In this document: positions 10,732 to 19,304 of the stretch, in pieces | How the letters are laid out: each line of letters opens with the position of its first letter | Numbering within the stretch: position 1 is the first letter of the stretch | Assembly (NCBI GenBank): GCA_030141605.1 | Contig: JAQGDQ010000739.1 | Coordinates: 84,504 to 103,807 of the forward strand | Source: Tubiluchus corallicola | Taxonomy: Eukaryota; Animalia; Priapulida | DNA: 19,304 nt | Reading direction: 5' to 3' | Notes under the pieces: generated by a model | What the model was told of the DNA's origin: nothing | Seen by the model: only the letters and a program-made list of their open reading frames with translations | Databases searched by the model: none | Translations under genes and position numbers: made by a program

Positions 10732-11211
10732 CAGGGATGAGAATTTCCCGCGAATACCCGGAATTCCGAGTTTTTGGAAGACCAGTAGTGTCATTTTTAT
10801 AAATCGCGTAAATTCGTTGAGGAAATTTTTACGGACCCAGTACATTATTTCACAAGCTGACCGCTAGTTGGCAGGCCGTCACTTTGTTTACATCACGTAC
10901 ATCAGTATAACCACGTGTATATCTCTATGTATAAAAATATAGAATCAATTGTGCAGAGTTATTTGAGTCAATTGCAGACAGTTTTTATATACTTTTGCAT
11001 AGGAGCGGCCAGTACTTAGGCGTTTTTGAGACAATTATGTATCATGTAGCCTTGATAGTTGGGTATTTTAAATTATGCATGAAACAAGGTAGTTGATATT
11101 TTAAGTCCACTTAGAGGCTCTCTATGCTCACAAAATAGCAATTTGTTGCTTTGCCCTCTTGAACCCCCGGCTTGTTTCAAAGTTTTTTGCAGTTTGTCAT
11201 TCTCATCCCTG
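10732..11211. mobile_element. hAT-like MITE, 480 bp (mirror copy 17836-18315)
   Basis: 13 bp perfect TIR cagggatgagaat / attctcatccctg, resembling the Ac-type CAGGGATGAAA terminus; the 8 bp flanks (ttttacat / ctaaattt) do not match, so no TSD support. Confidence 0.55.
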
Positions 11212-11279
11212 CTAAATTTGACAGCTACCATTTAAAGAATAAATACATGATTTTGCAAGTTGTTTATTTACGTTTTCAG

Positions 11280-11502
11280 GGTAATAAGTAACTACATGAT
11301 CTGGCACTTGGTACGGGAATTTTCTTCATTTCTCTCGAAGCCGTTCCGTGACGCGGTGAAGCCACTGAACAAGGCACTGTCGGGATCCGACGGTGGGGAG
11401 GTACCATGGAGGTACTGCGTCACCGATACGGACTCAACGATCGGGTTTGCTCTTGGTGCCATGTTTGTTCACGAAGCGTTTAAAGGAGAGAGCAAACAAA
11501 AG
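11280..11502 (+). CDS. ECE1: ECE/neprilysin-like M13 peptidase, internal exon 5 of 5
   Basis: gttttcag|G GTA ... AAG|gtgatt; 223 nt, phase 2/0; VISNYMIWHLVREFSSFLSKPFRDAVKPLNKALSGSDGGEVPWRYCVTDTDSTIGFALGAMFVHEAFKGESKQK has NYMIW, WxxCV and GFALGxMFV motifs typical of M13 peptidases. Confidence 0.96.
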
Positions 11503-11574
11503 GTGATTACTTTATTCTGGTTCAGATTGGCAAGTTTTCTATCAAGAGTTTTCTTTTTCACAGCTAAAAGTGTT

Positions 11575-12624
11575 GAGTTACTTTTGCAAGTGTGAGCTGC
11601 TTTCTGAGTTACTTTCTGCAAGTGTGAGCTGCTTTCTGAGTTACTTTTGCAAGTGTGAGCTGCTTTGTGAGTTACTTTTGCAAGTGTGAGCTGCTTTGTG
11701 AGTTACTTTCTGCAAGTGCGAGCTGCTTTGTGAGTTACTTTTGCAAGTGTGAGCTGCTTTGTGAGTTACTTTTGCAAGTGTGAGCTGCTTTGTGAGTTAC
11801 TTTTGCAAGTATGAGCTGCTTTGTGAGTTACTTTCTGCAAGTGTGAGCTACTTTGTGAGTTACTTTTGCAAGTGTGAGCTGCTTTGTGAGTTACTTTCTG
11901 CAAGTGCGAGCTACTTTGTGAGTTACTTTCTGCAAGTGTGAGCTGCTTTGTGAGTTACTTTCTGCAAGTGCGAGCTACTTTGTGAGTTACTTTCTGCATG
12001 TGTGAGCTGCTTTGTCAGTTACTTTCTGCAAGTGTGAGCTACTTTGTGAGTTACTTTTGCAAGTGTGAGCTGCTTTGTGAGTTACTTTTGTAAGTGTGAG
12101 CTGCTTTGAGAGTTACTTTCTGCAAGTGTGAGCTGCTTTGTGAGTTACTTTTGCAAGTGTATGCTGCTTTTTGAGTTACTTTCTGCAAGTGTGAGCTGCT
12201 TTGTGAGTTACTTTCTGCAAGTGCGAGCTACTTTGTGAGTTACTTTCTGCAAGTGTGAGCTGCTTTGTCAGTTACTTTCTGCAAGTGTGAGCTGCTTTGT
12301 GAGTTACTTTCTGCAAGTGTGAGCTGCATTGTGAGTTACTTTCTTCAAGTGTGAGCTGGTTTGTGTGTTACTTTCACAAGTGTGAGCTGCTTTGTGAGTT
12401 ACTTTCTGCAAGTGTGAGCTGCTTTGTGAGTAGTATCTGCAAGTGTGAGCTGCTTTGTGAGTTACTTTCACAAGTGTGAGCTGCTTTGTGAGTTACTTTC
12501 TGCAAGTGTGAGCTGCTTTGTGTTTTACTTTCTGCAAGTGTGAGCTGCTTTGTGAGTTACTTTCTGCAAGTGTGAGCTGCTTTATGACTTACTTTTGCGA
12601 GTGTGAGCTACTTTTTGAGTTACT
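11575..12624 (+). repeat. Minisatellite, 31/32 bp unit gagttacttt(c)tgcaagtgtgagctgctttgt, ~33 copies
   Basis: Direct head-to-tail repeats with no spacers. Confidence 0.97.
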
Positions 12625-12996
12625 GTCTGTCTAATGTGAACGCTTCAGTGAGTTACTCTCGACACTTCTCGTGGTGAATAAAGAAAGGTGTGTTCAGCTC
12701 GCTCTTCCTGTCCGAAAGTAACTCGCTGCAAGTTTTGTTCGCTTGTCTAAATACATTTTGCTGGAGTTACCGCAAGTTGATTTCTTGTTACTTTCTGTCT
12801 AATGTGAACGCTTCAGCAAATTACTCTCGACACTTCTCGTGGTGAATAGAGAAAGGTGTGTCAGCTCGCACTTCCTGCCGAAAGTAACTCGCTGCAAGTT
12901 TTGTTCGCTTGTCTAAACACATTTTGCTGGAGTTGCTGCAAGTTGATTTCTTGTTACTTTCTGTCTAATGTGAACGCTTCAGCGAGTTACTCTCGA
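12620..12996 (+). repeat. ~167 bp tandem repeat, ~2.2 copies (mirror 16051-16427)
   Basis: tctgtctaatgtgaacgcttcag at 12626, 12794 and 12960. Confidence 0.92.
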
Positions 12997-13709
12997 GGAA
13001 AACAGAACACAGAAGCACTGCGACATCAAATTAGTCAATTTTAAAATATCATAATAAAAATTATTATAAAATTTGCCATCTAGTCCGAGCACCCTCTTGC
13101 GTGTTACTTGGCGAGGAAACGTGCTAGTCTGAACGCGCCTTAAGGTCTAACTCATTACTTTATCAGCTCGCATGTATATATCGGGTCGCTTATTACACAA
13201 ACCAAATAACGAAAACTTATATTACGGACGCTTTCTTAGCCGACTTCTTAATCTAGCTTGAACTTGCTTCTTTAATTCAATTTAGTTGAGGGCTTTGTTT
13301 GCATAACGGAAATTAATGTTGATCAGATTTGAACGTACAAAACTGTAAGCTTCTTAATAAGAAGCTGTTCTACGTGTTTTGTTGATTGGGTTATTTGCAG
13401 TTACTATTTTTGCTGCCGATGTTCGCTTGTTTTGCATAATTTGAGTAATTACTTCAAAAATGTTGACAAAAGTGACATTTTTTTACTTTGTTTCTTCTGC
13501 GTGTTCGAAATTATCGGGCCCCCCACAGAAGGAGCCACCCTCTAATTTGCTCACATTCGTCTCGAACATTTTTCAGTTGTGGAACATTTCTAGAACATGT
13601 TAGCAACATTTGCTAAGCTGGTGGCCCCATATTTTGAATAAAGGCCTTCAAAGCGGGGCCCTTATCTCTAATAAAAGTCCTCAAACAGGGAGGATGTTTA
13701 TCTCAAATT

Positions 13710-14033
<324 letters not shown>

Positions 14034-14275
14034 AACGAATTGTTTCTTCTGAAATCGTTGGCATTCGTTGTCAAAAACAAAACGTAAGCGCACAGTAAAA
14101 TCGTTTTAAAAGTTCGTTGAGTAGAGATCTGGTGGCATATACGGACTGACGAGAGCTTTTTGGAACCTTTTTTTGAACCAACATCTCATTATATAAATAT
14201 ATATGTTTATTGACTGATTAAGAGATAGTCGAACATGATATTTTGGTTCAGTCCATAGATCACTACAAAAAAGGA

Positions 14276-14492
14276 CTTTTGATCATATAACATGATCATT
14301 ACTGTCAAAAAATAACTGAAGAATTATTTACAAATTCTCACTACACACTTATTATCACCTAGCATGATCATTTCTGTCCAAAAACAGCTCAAGGGTTATT
14401 TAAGTTCACGATAAACACTTTTGATCACATAAAATGAGCATTACTGTCCAAAAATCGCTAAAGAGTTATTTACAAATTCACAATATGACTTT
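14276..14492. repeat. Degenerate ~71 bp tandem repeat, ~3 copies
   Basis: atga(t/g)catt(a/t)ctgtc(a/c)aaaaa recurs near 14291, 14363 and 14433. Confidence 0.75.
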
Positions 14493-14997
14493 GGGAAAAT
14501 GGAAACATTGCATAAATTCTTGATCAAACGCTTAGTGTAGGCGCTTTCACTGTGCAAAGAAGCTGTGCTAACTTAACAATTGACTAATAACAACCCACTG
14601 ATTTTCTTAAAGGATAGCTATTTGTTTTATTTATTGATACCGTACCAAATATAGCAAACGTTGTCTGCAATTTTACTTTAGTGAAGGAAAATACGTCTAA
14701 ATGGCACGCTTAATGTTATCTCGTGTATTTTGAGCCTCTTAGTTTGAGATGAGGCGTGTAAATATATGGATGAATATGTAAAAGTTAAATAAAAAATAAG
14801 AGAAACTGCTTTTTTCTGTTTACGTAGTCATAGAAATGAGATATGAAACGCAGATTTTAAATAGTAAAAACGTGAGATTTTTAATGAGACTTTTTCGGGG
14901 TGGGGGTGGACAGCTTCTACTTAATTACCACTAGGGGTGGACGACATTGAAAACCACTGGAGTTCATAGTCGCTACAAATCTTTTCTGCTTTTTAGT

Positions 14998-15334
<337 letters not shown>

Positions 15335-16422
15335 TTTAATTTGAGATAAACATCCTCCCTGTTTGAGGACTTTTATTAGAGATAAGGGCCCCGCTTTGAA
15401 GGCCTTTATTCAAAATATGGGGCCACCAGCTTAGCAAATGTTGCTAACATGTTCTAGAAATGTTCCACAACTGAAAAATGTTCGAGACGAATGTGAGCAA
15501 ATTAGAGGGTGGCTCCTTCTGTGGGGGGCCCGATAATTTCGAACACGCAGAAGAAACAAAGTAAAAAAATGTCACTTTTGTCAACATTTTTGAAGTAATT
15601 ACTCAAATTATGCAAAACAAGCGAACATCGGCAGCAAAAATAGTAACTGCAAATAACCCAATCAACAAAACACGTAGAACAGCTTCTTAATAAGAGGCTT
15701 ACAGTTTTGTACGTTCAAATCTGATCAACATTAATTTCCGTTATGCAAACAAAGCCCTCAACTAAATTGAATTAAAGAAGCAAGTTCAAGCTAGATTAAG
15801 AAGTCGGCTAAGAAAGCGTCCGTAATATAAGTTTTCGTTATTTGGTTTGTGTAATAAGCAACCCGATATATACATGCGAGCTGATAAAGTAATGAGTTAG
15901 ACCTTAAGGCGCGTTCAGACTAGCACGTTTCCTCGCCAAGTAACACGCAAGAGGGTGCTCGGACTAGATGGCAAATTTTATAATAATTTTTATTATGATA
16001 TTTTAAAATTGACTAATTTGATGTCGCAGTGCTTCTGTGTTCTGTTTTCCTCGAGAGTAACTCGCTGAAGCGTTCACATTAGACAGAAAGTAACAAGAAA
16101 TCAACTTGCAGCAACTCCAGCAAAATGTGTTTAGACAAGCGAACAAAACTTGCAGCGAGTTACTTTCGGCAGGAAGTGCGAGCTGACACACCTTTCTCTA
16201 TTCACCACGAGAAGTGTCGAGAGTAATTTGCTGAAGCGTTCACATTAGACAGAAAGTAACAAGAAATCAACTTGCGGTAACTCCAGCAAAATGTATTTAG
16301 ACAAGCGAACAAAACTTGCAGCGAGTTACTTTCGGACAGGAAGAGCGAGCTGAACACACCTTTCTTTATTCACCACGAGAAGTGTCGAGAGTAACTCACT
16401 GAAGCGTTCACATTAGACAGAC

Positions 16423-17472
16423 AGTAACTCAAAAAGTAGCTCACACTCGCAAAAGTAAGTCATAAAGCAGCTCACACTTGCAGAAAGTAACTCACAAAGC
16501 AGCTCACACTTGCAGAAAGTAAAACACAAAGCAGCTCACACTTGCAGAAAGTAACTCACAAAGCAGCTCACACTTGTGAAAGTAACTCACAAAGCAGCTC
16601 ACACTTGCAGATACTACTCACAAAGCAGCTCACACTTGCAGAAAGTAACTCACAAAGCAGCTCACACTTGTGAAAGTAACACACAAACCAGCTCACACTT
16701 GAAGAAAGTAACTCACAATGCAGCTCACACTTGCAGAAAGTAACTCACAAAGCAGCTCACACTTGCAGAAAGTAACTGACAAAGCAGCTCACACTTGCAG
16801 AAAGTAACTCACAAAGTAGCTCGCACTTGCAGAAAGTAACTCACAAAGCAGCTCACACTTGCAGAAAGTAACTCAAAAAGCAGCATACACTTGCAAAAGT
16901 AACTCACAAAGCAGCTCACACTTGCAGAAAGTAACTCTCAAAGCAGCTCACACTTACAAAAGTAACTCACAAAGCAGCTCACACTTGCAAAAGTAACTCA
17001 CAAAGTAGCTCACACTTGCAGAAAGTAACTGACAAAGCAGCTCACACATGCAGAAAGTAACTCACAAAGTAGCTCGCACTTGCAGAAAGTAACTCACAAA
17101 GCAGCTCACACTTGCAGAAAGTAACTCACAAAGTAGCTCGCACTTGCAGAAAGTAACTCACAAAGCAGCTCACACTTGCAAAAGTAACTCACAAAGTAGC
17201 TCACACTTGCAGAAAGTAACTCACAAAGCAGCTCATACTTGCAAAAGTAACTCACAAAGCAGCTCACACTTGCAAAAGTAACTCACAAAGCAGCTCACAC
17301 TTGCAAAAGTAACTCACAAAGCAGCTCGCACTTGCAGAAAGTAACTCACAAAGCAGCTCACACTTGCAAAAGTAACTCACAAAGCAGCTCACACTTGCAA
17401 AAGTAACTCAGAAAGCAGCTCACACTTGCAGAAAGTAACTCAGAAAGCAGCTCACACTTGCAAAAGTAACTC
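16423..17472 (-). repeat. Mirror copy of the 31/32 bp minisatellite
   Basis: Reverse complement of 11575-12624, same length and same order of variant units at the positions checked. Confidence 0.97.
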
Positions 17473-17544
17473 AACACTTTTAGCTGTGAAAAAGAAAACT
17501 CTTGATAGAAAACTTGCCAATCTGAACCAGAGTAAAGTAATCAC

Positions 17545-17767
17545 CTTTTGTTTGCTCTCTCCTTTAAACGCTTCGTGAACAAACATGGCACCGAGAGCAA
17601 ACCCGATCGTTGAGTCCGTATCGGTGACGCAGTACCTCCATGGTACCTCCCCACCGTCGGATCCCGACAGTGCCTTGTTCAGTGGCTTCACCGCGTCACG
17701 GAACGGCTTCGAGAGAAACGAAGAAAATTCTCGTACCAAGTGCCAAATCATGTAGTTACTTATTACC
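17545..17767 (-). CDS. ECE1: Inverted duplicate of M13 peptidase exon 5 (intact splice sites, identical protein; function unknown)
   Basis: Reverse complement of 11280-11502 with 4 synonymous substitutions; inside ORF 17452..17787(-). Confidence 0.8.
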
Positions 17768-18877
17768 CTGAAAACGTAAATAAACAACTTGCAAAATCAT
17801 GTATTTATTCTTTAAATGGTAGCTGTCAAATTTAGCAGGGATGAGAATGACAAACTGCAAAAAACTTTGAAACAAGCCGGGGGTTCAAGAGGGCAAAGCA
17901 ACAAATTGCTATTTTGTGAGCATAGAGAGCCTCTAAGTGGACTTAAAATATCAACTACCTTGTTTCATGCATAATTTAAAATACCCAACTATCAAGGCTA
18001 CATGATACATAATTGTCTCAAAAACGCCTAAGTACTGGCCGCTCCTATGCAAAAGTATATAAAAACTGTCTGCAATTGACTCAAATAACTCTGCACAATT
18101 GATTCTATATTTTTATACATAGAGATATACACGTGGTTACACTGATGTACGTGATGTAAACAAAGTGACGGCCTGCCAACTAGCGGTCAGCTTGTGAAAT
18201 AATGTACTGGGTCCGTAAAAATTTCCTCAACGAATTTACGCGATTTATAAAAATGACACTACTGGTCTTCCAAAAACTCGGAATTCCGGGTATTCGCGGG
18301 AAATTCTCATCCCTGATGTAAAAGATGCACGGCTGTTCACCGACAAATGCCGTATTTTAAAACTCCATCCTCTCAGACAACAAGTTCATGGTACGGCACA
18401 AAACACTCGTCATTTTAACTTTATTCGCTGCACGCTATGAAGTTCTGAAGGTAATTGCTAAGACACTGGAATACAGGTAGAATTCAAGTAGAATACAGGT
18501 GAGCTTTATTTTTATAACTCATTAACAACACTATACGTTGCTCTCTCAGTTTAAGTCACATGCTTACTCAATGATCTCTGAAAACCAATTGACCAGGTAA
18601 GTTTTTCCATGAAGCAAGGAAGCCAGCAATTCAATGAAGGTAAATGTTATGCATACTAGTTCAAGGATGAAAGTTTAGACTGTGTATAAAAAGAAATAGA
18701 CTTATTTTATAGCTGAAATTTCTTGTGTGGGATTTTTAATGTTTTAACAAGAGAACGGAATAGTATGACTAATGATCATAATTAAGAACTAATAAAAATA
18801 AGATAAAGAAATCGTGAGCTTCATACGACACACGCCATTTCAAAAAACTCAACTACGGCGCAATGTGAACAACTCAC

Positions 18878-19026
18878 GTTTTGTTCTCCTCTGTCTTGAA
18901 GTACTCAAAGATTACAGCAGAAATGTTGGTAAGATAATCTGGCGCGTAGACCACAATAGGAGTGCTGCCAGGCAGGCGTTTTGACACCATGTCAAATGCG
19001 CTGTTAATCGTGGCCACCCAATCCAC
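18878..19026 (-). CDS. ECE1: Inverted duplicate of M13 peptidase exon 4 (intact splice sites; function unknown)
   Basis: Reverse complement of 10021-10169, identical by eye including the AG and GT splice dinucleotides. Confidence 0.8.
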
Positions 19027-19263
19027 CTAGAAATAGTAAAAACCTATACTGCTGTTTGTGCAAAGACAAAATCATGTGCAGAAAGAGGTTATAAGGAAAT
19101 TATAGGCATTTTAGGGCAAAACTTCGTACCAGTCGGGGTTAGGCCCTGTCCAGGTCGTGGTCAATTGTCAGTCGGAGGTCACGTAACGTGCCATCGCGGG
19201 CCAGTGGGTAGGGTTGCCAGATTAGAAAATTGGAAATATGGGACACTCTTAAAATATCCTTCT

Positions 19264-19304
19264 ATACATACATACATACATACATCATACATACATACAT
19301 ACAT
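19264..19304. repeat. (CATA)n microsatellite at window end
   Basis: Mirror of the (TATG)n at 9529-9783, truncated by the window end. Confidence 0.95.

Noticed and set aside
11575-12624. 31/32 bp repeats as a CRISPR array
   Set aside because: Units are contiguous with no unique spacers, there are no cas genes, and the context is a spliceosomal intron.
12856-13044. 62 aa ORF present twice (also 16003-16191)
   Set aside because: Lies in the 167 bp repeat, has a non-ATG start, and is doubled only by the inverted duplication.

Overview
AT-rich, repeat-dense animal (probably invertebrate) genomic DNA, not prokaryotic. The + strand carries five internal coding exons (2057-2122, 5105-5221, 8477-8563, 10021-10169, 11280-11502) of an M13 zinc metallopeptidase, endothelin-converting-enzyme/neprilysin-like. 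They splice in frame to 214 aa; the N-terminus and the catalytic HExxH region are outside the window. The dominant structure is a ~4 kb inverted duplication (9743-13828 vs 15219-19304, position x pairs with 29047-x) that puts a second copy of exons 4 and 5 on the - strand. The arms differ at about 12 sites by eye, with no indels outside the microsatellites, and all four exonic differences are synonymous. The inner junction is a (CT)n/(GA)n pair around a ~1.2 kb spacer. It is either a real foldback palindrome or an inverted mis-join of the second haplotype; the sequence alone cannot decide. The introns hold two head-to-head tRNA-derived SINEs, several MITEs, a short RTE-derived element, a possible Helentron-type element, satellites with higher-order or hairpin structure, and long microsatellites. 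Most ORFs in the supplied track are spurious repeat translations. All family assignments are from recalled motifs; no database search was run.
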